Positions 8,937-18,100 of a stretch of 47,172 nt of DNA are shown in pieces. The stretch comes from Mariniphaga sp. (GTDB lineage: Bacteria; Bacteroidota; Bacteroidia; Bacteroidales; Prolixibacteraceae): positions 1 to 47,172 of the forward strand of contig JAZBNQ010000034.1 of NCBI GenBank assembly GCA_036350775.1, in the 5' to 3' direction. How positions within the stretch are numbered: position 1 is the first letter of the stretch; the number at the start of each line of letters is the position of its first letter. The notes below the pieces were generated by a model, which saw nothing but the letters and a program-made list of their open reading frames with translations, did no database searches and was not told the origin of the DNA. The position numbers and the translations under genes were made by a program.

Positions 8937-10595
8937 ATGACTGAAATTGACCAAACGAAACATGATAGTGAAGCACACCTGAAAAGCACCAAAAAATATT
9001 TCGATGTTGACGCTCCGGTTTTCTGGCCATCTGCACTAATAATTGTTGCCTTTATTGCCATTACTCTTATTGTGGGAGAACCGATGGACCAAGTTTTTAC
9101 AGCTATTCAGACCGGTATTTCCAATTTTGGCGGATGGTTTTTTGTGTTGTCGGTAAATATTTTCCTCTTTTTTGTATTGTATATTGCTTTTAGTAAATAC
9201 GGTAGTATTCGATTAGGTGGGAAAAATTCAAGGCCGGAATTTTCAACAGTTTCATGGTTTGCCATGCTTTTTAGTGCAGGAATGGGTATTGGTATTCTGT
9301 TCTGGAGTGTTGGCGAACCCATTAACCATTTTATTAATCCACCTGATGCGGAGCCACGAACTGTTGAAGCTGCACGCGAATCGATGGAAATTACATTTTT
9401 ACATTGGGGACTGCATGCATGGGGAATTTATGCCCTTGTAGGAATGGCGCTTGCTTTTTTCACCTTCAACAAAAAATTACCACTTACCATCAGTTCTGTT
9501 TTTTATCCGCTGCTTGGCGATAAAGTGAACGGCCCCTGGGGAAAAGTTATAAATGTGCTTGCTGTGGTAGCTACGCTTTTTGGACTGGCTACCTCGCTTG
9601 GTTTGGGTGTTCAGCAGGTAAGTGCCGGATTGGCGCACCTTTTTAATTTACCCGATACCATTACAACACAGGTTATTTTGATAACGGTTATTACGCTCGC
9701 GGCAACTGGGTCGGTTGTAGCCGGGCTCAGTGGCGGTGTAAAAAGGTTAAGCCAGCTGAACATGTTTTTGGGTGCCATTTTTCTTGCGTTTATGCTTATT
9801 GTAGGTCCCACCCTGTTTATCACCGATTCATTTATTCAGAATATTGGTGGCTATGTTCAAAACTTCTTCGAGTTGTCGTCGTGGACAGAAACCTATCAAC
9901 AATCGGATTGGCAAAGCGACTGGACTGTGTTTTATTGGGCCTGGTGGGTTAGCTGGTCGCCGTTTGTGGGTATGTTTATCGCACGCATTTCAAGGGGACG
10001 CACGTTAAAAGAATTTGTTCTTGGCGTTCTAATTGTTCCAACTTTACTTACCTTTTTGTGGCTTTCAACTTTTGGCGGAAGCGCCATATACCTGGAACTG
10101 AATTCCCTGGCCGATGTTGCAAGTGCAGTTACCGGAAATATTGCGACTTCGTTATATGTGCTTTTAGAACAATTTCCGCTTTCGGCAGTAACTTCGGTAG
10201 TTGGTGTGGTACTTGTAACCAGTTTTTTTGTTACCTCTTCCGACTCTGGCTCTCTGGTAGTTGATTCGCTTACTGCGGGCGGTAAACTCGACGCACCGGT
10301 TCCCCAGCGTATTTTCTGGGCTATGACCGAGGGCGCTGTTGCTGCAGTTCTTCTTATAGGGGGAGGACTTGGCGCTTTGCAAACGGCTGCCATTTCAACC
10401 GGCTTGCCATTTGCCATTTTACTAATTATTCTCATGTGGAGTTTATTAAAAGGGCTTAAAAAAGAACACACAGGTATGATGGAAACCCAAATGGAAGCAG
10501 ACCGTAAACAATACCTGGATACCCTGGCCAAAATGATGCAAAAAAGAGAACAAGCCAAAGCTTCCGGAAAAAATGAAAAGAGAACAGAAAAATAA
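8937..10595 (+). CDS. BCCT family transporter, probably Na+-coupled glycine betaine uptake
   Basis: SWFAMLFSAGMGIG, FLHWGLHAW, WTVFYWAWWVSWSPFVGMFIARISRGRT and FFVTSSDSG. ATG at 8937 preferred over TTG at 8916. Confidence 0.93.
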   Translation: MTEIDQTKHDSEAHLKSTKKYFDVDAPVFWPSALIIVAFIAITLIVGEPMDQVFTAIQTGISNFGGWFFVLSVNIFLFFVLYIAFSKYGSIRLGGKNSRPEFSTVSWFAMLFSAGMGIGILFWSVGEPINHFINPPDAEPRTVEAARESMEITFLHWGLHAWGIYALVGMALAFFTFNKKLPLTISSVFYPLLGDKVNGPWGKVINVLAVVATLFGLATSLGLGVQQVSAGLAHLFNLPDTITTQVILITVITLAATGSVVAGLSGGVKRLSQLNMFLGAIFLAFMLIVGPTLFITDSFIQNIGGYVQNFFELSSWTETYQQSDWQSDWTVFYWAWWVSWSPFVGMFIARISRGRTLKEFVLGVLIVPTLLTFLWLSTFGGSAIYLELNSLADVASAVTGNIATSLYVLLEQFPLSAVTSVVGVVLVTSFFVTSSDSGSLVVDSLTAGGKLDAPVPQRIFWAMTEGAVAAVLLIGGGLGALQTAAISTGLPFAILLIILMWSLLKGLKKEHTGMMETQMEADRKQYLDTLAKMMQKREQAKASGKNEKRTEK

Positions 10596-10618
10596 ATTTT
10601 AACCTGAATAACAATACT

Positions 10619-11539
10619 ATGTACCAGTTTGATGACATATTAATTTGCCTCGATTTAAGCGAGATGGACGATTCACTCATTCGATACGGAAACTTTCTGG
10701 TTGAAAAATTCAAGCCAAAATCGGTTACGTTTTTACATGTAATGAAATCGTATGAAATTCCGCCCGAAATGGTATCTGCTTTTCCGCATCTCAAACAACC
10801 GCTTACCGAAATCGTAAGAGAAGAGCTTCAGGAAAAAATTGAATCACAGTTTTCCGGTATTAATGAAGTTCAAACAAATGTAAAAGTGGTTGAAGGCTCA
10901 ACAACCGACAATATTGTAAGGTATGCACGCGAAAACAATATCACATTTACACTCATGGGGAAAAAAATTGGGTACGAGGGCCGGGGCGGAATCGTCAGGA
11001 AAGTGATTAGTATTATTCCTTCTTCGGTTTTGTTAATAAGCGAAACCACGCAACCACGAATAGAACATGTTCTGGTTCGCATGGATTTTTCGAAAATGAG
11101 CGCGTTGGCATTGAAAATGGCATTGAGGCTCCAGGAATTAACGGATGCAAAAGTTTCGTGCCACCATGCATATAAACTTCCGTTAAAATATTTCCCGGTC
11201 AGTTCACCTGAAAACGACAAAAAACTGATGGCACATATTGAGAAACACAGCCGGAAAGAGTATCAGAAATTTATGAAAAAACTGGAACTCGACCCAGAAA
11301 AAATTCCATGCACAAATTCACTGGACCCCGAAAATGACGAGGCTAATATTCTTTATAAACAAGCACTTAACTTTAATGCCGATATGATTATTATCGGTTC
11401 AAAAATAAAGTCGGAACTGGCCGATATTATTATCGATTCCACATCGGAAAAACTGGCCTCGGTTGAAAAAAACATTCCGGTGCTTATTATTAAAGACCGA
11501 AAACAAACCATCGGTTTTCTAAAAGCACTGTTCAAATAA
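10619..11539 (+). CDS. Universal stress protein (tandem USP domains)
   Basis: Two USP repeats: ILICLDLS...LMGKK and VLVRMDFS...DMIIIGSK...STSEKL...IPVLII. Confidence 0.9.
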   Translation: MYQFDDILICLDLSEMDDSLIRYGNFLVEKFKPKSVTFLHVMKSYEIPPEMVSAFPHLKQPLTEIVREELQEKIESQFSGINEVQTNVKVVEGSTTDNIVRYARENNITFTLMGKKIGYEGRGGIVRKVISIIPSSVLLISETTQPRIEHVLVRMDFSKMSALALKMALRLQELTDAKVSCHHAYKLPLKYFPVSSPENDKKLMAHIEKHSRKEYQKFMKKLELDPEKIPCTNSLDPENDEANILYKQALNFNADMIIIGSKIKSELADIIIDSTSEKLASVEKNIPVLIIKDRKQTIGFLKALFK

Positions 11540-11553
11540 AAACCAAAGAAGTT

Positions 11554-12432
11554 ATGACACAAAAAATTGTTTTAAAATGGATTTATAAACTGGCCGTTCT
11601 TTTGATGCTTTTTTCATGCAGCACCAAAACCGCTGACAATGAAGAAAGGACTTTAAAAATAGTTTATACAGACTGGTCAGAAAGTATAGCCATTACCCAT
11701 CTTTCGGCAATTTTACTGGAAGAAAAAATGGAATATACTGTAATTACAAAACTTACCGACGTTGAAAACGCATACCGGGAAATTGCCAGTGGCGAGTCTG
11801 ATATTTTTGCCGATGCATGGCTTCCAGAAACCCATAAAAACTACATGAAAGAACATACCGGAAACATTGAAGAACTGGGCATTATCTACCCCGAGGCCCG
11901 AACAGGCTTTGTGATTCCGGATTACAGTGAATTACGAACAATTTCAGACCTCATAAATTATAAGCATCCGGTAATTGGAATTGACGAGGGTGCCGGAGTT
12001 ATGCAAAAAGCGCGGCTTGCAATTGAAAAATACAGCCTGCAAATCCCTTTGAACAGTCTTTCAGAAGATGAAATGATAAAACAGCTTGAAGATTCGATTA
12101 AACGAAGAAAAGAAATTGTAATTACCGGATGGGAACCACACTGGATTTTTGCCCGGTATGATTTAAGATTTCTTGATGACCCGGATAATATTTTTGGTGA
12201 AAAAGAAAACATTTTTGCCATTGGCAGCGCCGGGATTATTAAGGAACATCCGATGGCGGTGCGTTTTTTCGAGCGGATGCAATTAACAGAAAACCAACTG
12301 AACAGTTTGGTTTACCAGGTAAGATTGAGTGAAGATCCCAGGCAGGGAGTAAAAAACTGGATGAAAGAAAACGAATACATCGTAAACCAGTGGGTAAAAA
12401 ATCTGAAACCGGAGCGCAAAAAAATAATGTAA
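11554..12432 (+). CDS. Glycine betaine substrate-binding lipoprotein (OpuAC/ProX family)
   Basis: Lipobox LFSC and Trp-prism motifs YTDWSE, DAWLPETH, GIDEGAG, TGWEPHW. Confidence 0.9.
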   Translation: MTQKIVLKWIYKLAVLLMLFSCSTKTADNEERTLKIVYTDWSESIAITHLSAILLEEKMEYTVITKLTDVENAYREIASGESDIFADAWLPETHKNYMKEHTGNIEELGIIYPEARTGFVIPDYSELRTISDLINYKHPVIGIDEGAGVMQKARLAIEKYSLQIPLNSLSEDEMIKQLEDSIKRRKEIVITGWEPHWIFARYDLRFLDDPDNIFGEKENIFAIGSAGIIKEHPMAVRFFERMQLTENQLNSLVYQVRLSEDPRQGVKNWMKENEYIVNQWVKNLKPERKKIM

Positions 12433-12471
12433 TACAAAAAAATCAAGCAGAAATTCCAGAAAATCCAGCAA

Positions 12472-12717
12472 TTAATTTGCGAGTTTTCGAATTAAGCCGA
12501 GCAATGCCAACAACGCAACTGCACCAATTACAGCGGTTACCAATGTACCAAAGAATCCACTGTTTACAAATATTCCCAGTTCGTGCAGGAGCCAGTTGCC
12601 AAACCAGGCACCGGCAATTCCCACAATAACATTCAAAAGGCAGCCATAACCTTTGCCGCGAACAATGAGCCCCGCAATGGCGCCGGCTATCAAACCGATT
12701 AACAATACATAGAGCAT
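12472..12717 (-). CDS. GlsB/YeaQ/YmgE family (transglycosylase-associated) small membrane protein
   Basis: LIGLIAGAIAGLIV.GKGYG.LLNVIVGIAGAWFG...AVIGAVALL. Confidence 0.9.
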   Translation of the reverse strand: MLYVLLIGLIAGAIAGLIVRGKGYGCLLNVIVGIAGAWFGNWLLHELGIFVNSGFFGTLVTAVIGAVALLALLGLIRKLAN

Positions 12718-12766
12718 ACAGAACGATTTTAGAATTATGCTTCAAATTACGAAAACATTGCTGCAT

Positions 12767-12823
12767 AAAAAAGAAGCTGTTCAAAAAACCCTTTATTTCT
12801 TTAAAAGTTTTCCAAACAGCTTC
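12767..12823 (-). terminator. Long-loop hairpin, probable terminator downstream of the MFS gene
   Basis: gaagctgtt (12773-12781) / aacagcttc (12815-12823) 9-bp inverted repeat, followed by a U-run on the minus strand. Confidence 0.55.
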
Positions 12824-12846
12824 CCTGCAATAACTGAAAGAAAAGA

Positions 12847-14202
12847 TTACCGAACTACGGCACCTTCATCCAAATCTTTTCCACTTTTATTTTTATTTTT
12901 TACCCAAAACGAAAGAACAATAAACGCAACAACAAGAATAGCCGGTAAAACCGCCAGGTTACGCAAAGTCATCTGCGGCCCTGCCGTTTCTATGGATTCT
13001 CCCATAATTGGTAACACCATTGAGGTAGCAACAAATCCGGCTCCCCCAAGAATTGACATCCCCAGAGCTCCGGTTTTAGGTGCATATTCAGCCGCGGCAC
13101 CAATCATGGTGGGCCAGAAATAACAAACTCCCACAGCAAATACAGCAGCAGATACTACAGTCATGAATGCGCCGTTAGTTACACTCAACAGCAGCAAGCC
13201 AGCAACAGAGAAAACAGCTGAACCAAGAAGAACTCCCGGGGGATTCAACCGGTGAATCAAACCTCCGGCAAAGTACCGGCCAACTGCCATTAACCCGGTT
13301 ACCACTGCCAGAATAATCATGGGATGAACGCCCTTATTGTCAAGCAAAGCATTTATCCACTGGGTTGTGCCCAACTCGGTTGAAGCAGTAAGCAACATGC
13401 AGGCAAAAATAAATGGAAAAAGCAGCGTAATCTTATTTACTGCTTTGCCTTCAGCGATAATTAATACTGCAATAACCCCGATGATAATTAGGGGCAATTC
13501 ATAACTTCCGGTAATAGCATGTGAAATGGATTGAACATTGGCAACCAGAATCATAAAAACAACAGCCAGGGTTATAGTAATCGGCGCTCCCACATTTCGC
13601 ATCATTTCCTTGTAGCTAACACCAGACGAAACCCGTTCGGTTTCCGGAATTTTTTGCCCAAAAAACATAAATCCGTAAATAGCTAGCGGGACAAACAATA
13701 ATCCCACAAGTACCTGCCATGGCAAATTCAACGAATCGATTACCAGTGCAGCAAGTAAACTTCCGATTACAATGCCTCCCGGAAACCATACATGGAAGCG
13801 GTTGAGCATTTTCGATTTCTTGTCGGGATAAATGGCAGTTACCAGCGGGTTACATGCCGCCTCCACACTTCCGTTGCCTAAACCAATAAATACGTTGGCA
13901 ATAAACAACGAGGTGTAATCTTTTGCCATCAGCAACAAAACAATTCCTACAAGGTGCATTCCAAAAGCCATCCAAACTACCGTTCTGGTTTTTACAATGT
14001 CGATAAAATAACCGCCTGCAAACATGGCCACTGCAAAACCCCAGAAGGCAGGTGCAAATGCACGTCCCACCTGTTCGGCTGTCAGTCCGTAATCACCCGT
14101 AAAAACGCCTTCAATTCTTGCCCTGATAGCAAAAGTCATTGCTGTAACTAGAAGAGCCAGACAACTTGCAATAAAGAGTCTGTTTCGATTTACATTTTCC
14201 AT
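12847..14202 (-). CDS. MFS transporter (sugar/glycoside-type)
   Basis: Multi-TM 451-aa protein; GLGNGSVEAACNPLV...LNRFHVWFPGGIVIG and GVCYFWPTM resemble fucose-permease-like MFS proteins. Confidence 0.85.
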   Translation of the reverse strand: MENVNRNRLFIASCLALLVTAMTFAIRARIEGVFTGDYGLTAEQVGRAFAPAFWGFAVAMFAGGYFIDIVKTRTVVWMAFGMHLVGIVLLLMAKDYTSLFIANVFIGLGNGSVEAACNPLVTAIYPDKKSKMLNRFHVWFPGGIVIGSLLAALVIDSLNLPWQVLVGLLFVPLAIYGFMFFGQKIPETERVSSGVSYKEMMRNVGAPITITLAVVFMILVANVQSISHAITGSYELPLIIIGVIAVLIIAEGKAVNKITLLFPFIFACMLLTASTELGTTQWINALLDNKGVHPMIILAVVTGLMAVGRYFAGGLIHRLNPPGVLLGSAVFSVAGLLLLSVTNGAFMTVVSAAVFAVGVCYFWPTMIGAAAEYAPKTGALGMSILGGAGFVATSMVLPIMGESIETAGPQMTLRNLAVLPAILVVAFIVLSFWVKNKNKSGKDLDEGAVVR

Positions 14203-14280
14203 AACTTGATTTAATTTTAAATTGTTTTATTCGAATTTATTTGATTTAAGTTTTATCTGAACTTACATAGAATTAAACAA

Positions 14281-15003
14281 CTAATTGTTTTTGGCCAAAT
14301 AGTTTATAGCCTGCAAAAGTAACCGCCGGTAATCTTTGGTTTCATAAGTTCTGGAATCATGCCCTGGTTGAAGATAAATTATCTTCGAATTATTGAAATG
14401 GTTTTCCCAACCAATAATTTTTTCGCTTTGTGGGTGATTGGTGGTTAAAATTGGAATAACATCCTCAGATACACGGTAATTACCGTAAACCTCATCGAAA
14501 AATCGTAAACTGGGAAAACCTTTTGTAACCGGATGATTTCCTGCCGGCTGAATGTAAACCCAGACATCGTGCTCATAATTAGATAATTCATTTTCCGGAA
14601 TGCCGCGTCGCTTTTCAATGTATTTTCCTCCTACCAGTTTTTCAAACTGCGGCCAATCCTGGTACGATACCAGCGCATGATGCAAAAAAAGCATGGGTTT
14701 GCCCTTTTTAGTCAATTCAATATAAGCTGCTTTCTCAACTTCAGAAATTTCTCTCCACATATCATAAAAAACCAGCACATCAAAATCTTCGGCAATTCCG
14801 CCAGTAATAGCCTGATTTGCTTCTGGTTGCGAAAAATGTGTGTAGCCAATTCCATCGAGAGCGTCAAAGAGTTGAAAAAATTGAATGGTATCATACGAGT
14901 GCCCACCGGTAACCAGCATGATATTTACGGATTGTGCATTCAGGGTGAAAATAAACAGAGCGGTAACGACTGTGGTCAAAATCAGTCTCATGGTTATTAT
15001 CAT
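14281..15003 (-). CDS. ThuA-like (class I glutamine amidotransferase-like) secreted protein
   Basis: Signal peptide, VTGGH, FDVLVFYD, LFLHHA, HPVTKG...DEVY and YLQPGHD. The start may be the ATG of MRLIL, four codons downstream. Confidence 0.8.
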   Translation of the reverse strand: MIITMRLILTTVVTALFIFTLNAQSVNIMLVTGGHSYDTIQFFQLFDALDGIGYTHFSQPEANQAITGGIAEDFDVLVFYDMWREISEVEKAAYIELTKKGKPMLFLHHALVSYQDWPQFEKLVGGKYIEKRRGIPENELSNYEHDVWVYIQPAGNHPVTKGFPSLRFFDEVYGNYRVSEDVIPILTTNHPQSEKIIGWENHFNNSKIIYLQPGHDSRTYETKDYRRLLLQAINYLAKNN

Positions 15004-15173
15004 TAGTAGTTTTGAAAAAGTAAAAATATGAATTTAATTGACTTTTAAAACATAATTTCCGCAAAAACCTGCGAACAAAAATTTTCTCACATCCGAAGTT
15101 TCATCTCTTTTTGCTGATTGATGAACTGCAAATGAAATTCTTTTATCTCTAAAAAAATTGCCATTTTTACCAA

Positions 15174-18100
15174 ATGACCCAAAGAAAAAAAATACGGAAG
15201 ATTGTTGGCTGGTTTGCACTGGTCTTTCTGCTGCTTTTGCTCGGAACAGCAACCGTGTTTTGGGTAAAACTCATTCCTGATTATGTAAAAAATTACCTGT
15301 CAGAATTTACAGAAGAAAAATCAGATGGCATCTATTCGTTATCCATGGATGCAGTTAAAATAAATCTTCTTCCTTTTTCTGTAAAATTTAGCCATGTGAA
15401 ACTGGTTCCTGATGAAAGCGCGGCTCGATTAGTGAAAGATCATCTGGAAAAAACCTTTTATACTTTTAGTGCTGCTGAAATTATACTGGATGAAATAAAA
15501 CTGAAAACACTTTTCAACAACGGTAAATTTGTTTGCAATGAGGTACTGATTGTAAAACCATTTATCAAACTGGAAGGAGAAGATCTGTTAAAAAGCGATT
15601 CGGCAAAAATTAATTCAGCTCTGGTTTCAGACATCAGACCGCTGTTTGAAATGCTGGATGAAGTAAAAATTAACCGGATTGTGCTGGAAGATGCAAACTT
15701 TGGTTTTTACGGGGCAATGGGCAGCACCGACTTTATTTCGCAGGCAAAAAAAGTTTCAGTTGATGTGTTGGGGTTTACCACAAATGCAGAGATGATTCAA
15801 CAGAATACCGGTTTTTTCAAAACAGATGACGTGCTTATTCGTATGAACGATTTTCAAAACGATATGGGTGACAGCCTGCATATTTTAACCATTGATACTT
15901 TGTTGTATTCCCTTAAATCAACAGATATACGAGCAGCAGGTTTCAGGCTTTATCCGCAATCACGAAATTCTGATAAAAACCTGTTTGATGTTACTGTTCC
16001 AAATGTAACAGTAAAAAGCCGCAGCATAGCGCGTTTTGCGCTCGACGATTCAATCAAAATCCGGTACCTTGAGTTTAAAAAGCCCGACATCAGGTTCTAC
16101 CGAAAAGAAAATCCACAACAATTTAAGCTGGAAGCCATCGATAATTTCGATTTGTATGAACTGGTTCAAAACAACTTTTTAAAACTTGAAGTTGACAGCT
16201 TTTTCCTCCATGATGCAAAGGTTGAAATTTTCAGGCAACCTGATTTTGATAATTTCCAGCAGCGGTTTCAATCTGTTGATATTATTCTGAATGGATTTGA
16301 GCTGGATTCTGCCTCGGCCCGAAACCGGGAAAAACTTTTACATGCAGACGATTTGGAAATGACGGTTGCCGGATATCACCTGAGACTGGACGACAATGAA
16401 CACCATTTTAAAGCCGACTCGTTATTTGTTTCAACTTTTACCCACCGGCTGGGGGCAAAAAAGATTCACCTGCATCCGGTTAATGAAAATCAATCAGCAA
16501 GCCGCACTGAGGTGAATGTAGAATGTGAATCGTTGAATATTGAAGGAATTGTGCTTCGAAATTTGTACCACACCAAAACCCTGCCATCAGAAAAAATTGA
16601 GGTTATTGAACCCAAAGTACATCTGCGCTATCATTTGGAAAAAGAAAAGCAAACGAAACAGATTGAAGGAGGACTTTTATTCGAACTGGTAACCGATTAC
16701 CTCCAGGGCGTTTATTCAAACCTGGTTTATATTGAACGAGGCCAGCTCAACATTGAAAATAATTTTCACGGAAATTTACAGGGATATTTTGAAACCAGTT
16801 TCAATTTTACCTTGACTGATTTCAGCCTCGACTCGGCAAGTGTTGAACAAACTGATAAATTCTTTTATGCCACCAATTTCGATCTGAATTTTTCAGATTA
16901 CACCATGCGCCTGGTGGACGACTTGCACAAACTGGAAGTTGACAATGTACTGATTTCGAGCATGAATCAACAGATTCAAATTAGTAACCTCAAGCTTGAG
17001 CCAGTTATTGAAAACGTAAGCACCGAGGATATGAAACGTTTTAACCGGTCAGAACTTTTCAAAATTTCAATACCGGGAATTAAACTTACCGGGGTAGATT
17101 TGCGCAATGCCTTTTTTAATAATAAACTGCTAATTTCCAACTTCAGCATATCAAATCCTGACATTTATTTTGAAAACTTCGGGTCACTCCGTTCAGAAAA
17201 GGCAAATATGGAACTGACTGAGTTTTATCAACTCATATTCAATTACGTGGAAGATTTTGACATCAGGAAGTTTGTTATTTCTGATGGAAACCTAAACTGG
17301 GTAAATCATACCCGCCGCGGAAAAACCACATCATTTGACAATGCCTTTTCGGCATCGCTGCAGAATTTCCGTTTAAATGAAGCAGAGCTCCCCAAAAAAA
17401 GGCTGTTTTTTTCCGATAATTTTGAAATTTCTATCCGCGACCAGGAGTTTGAATTATCTGATAGTGTGCATGTGCTCAAAGGAAGTGAAATACTGCTCTC
17501 TTCGGCAAAAAACTCGGTGCGGGTAAAAAACGGATTGCTTTTTCCGCTAATTACTTCCGAAAAATACCATGACCTCGCAACTACATTCCAGGTTGCCATT
17601 CCTGAACTGAACATTGAAGGTTTTGATTTCCAGAATGCCTGGCATTCACTGGAACCTCAAATTAACACGCTGGAACTGGTTTCTCCCCATTTTCAGATTT
17701 ATACCCAAAAGGGGAAAACAAAATCACTCGATTTAAAAAACTATTCGCTCCCTATGCCGGCTTTTATTGAATCGTTGCAAATTAAAGAATTAAAAATTAC
17801 GGATGGCGAAGCAATCAATTATCAAACCTCGGGGGGGAACCAAAAAGCTCAGGCCAATTTCAGGTTTAATTTTGCTATGCCGGAAATTGCATTGAAAAAC
17901 AATAACAATCAAATTCAAATACAGAGCCAAAACATTCAGCTCAAAATTTCAGATTTCAGGGCGCCAATCGACGAGCAGCATAACATTTCAATCGGGCAAA
18001 TTGATTTCGACAAGGAACAGAAGTCAATTTCAGTTTCAGATTTGAAAGTGGAACCCTTTTTCGGGAGAAAAGACCAGAACCTGTTTAAAATACTTGCTCC

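Noticed and set aside
9932-10558. 208-aa antisense ORF inside the BCCT gene
   Set aside because: Shadow ORF opposite a well-supported membrane protein, with no motif.
12443-12784. 113-aa alternative-frame ORF over the GlsB/YeaQ gene
   Set aside because: The 81-aa frame matches a known family; this frame does not.
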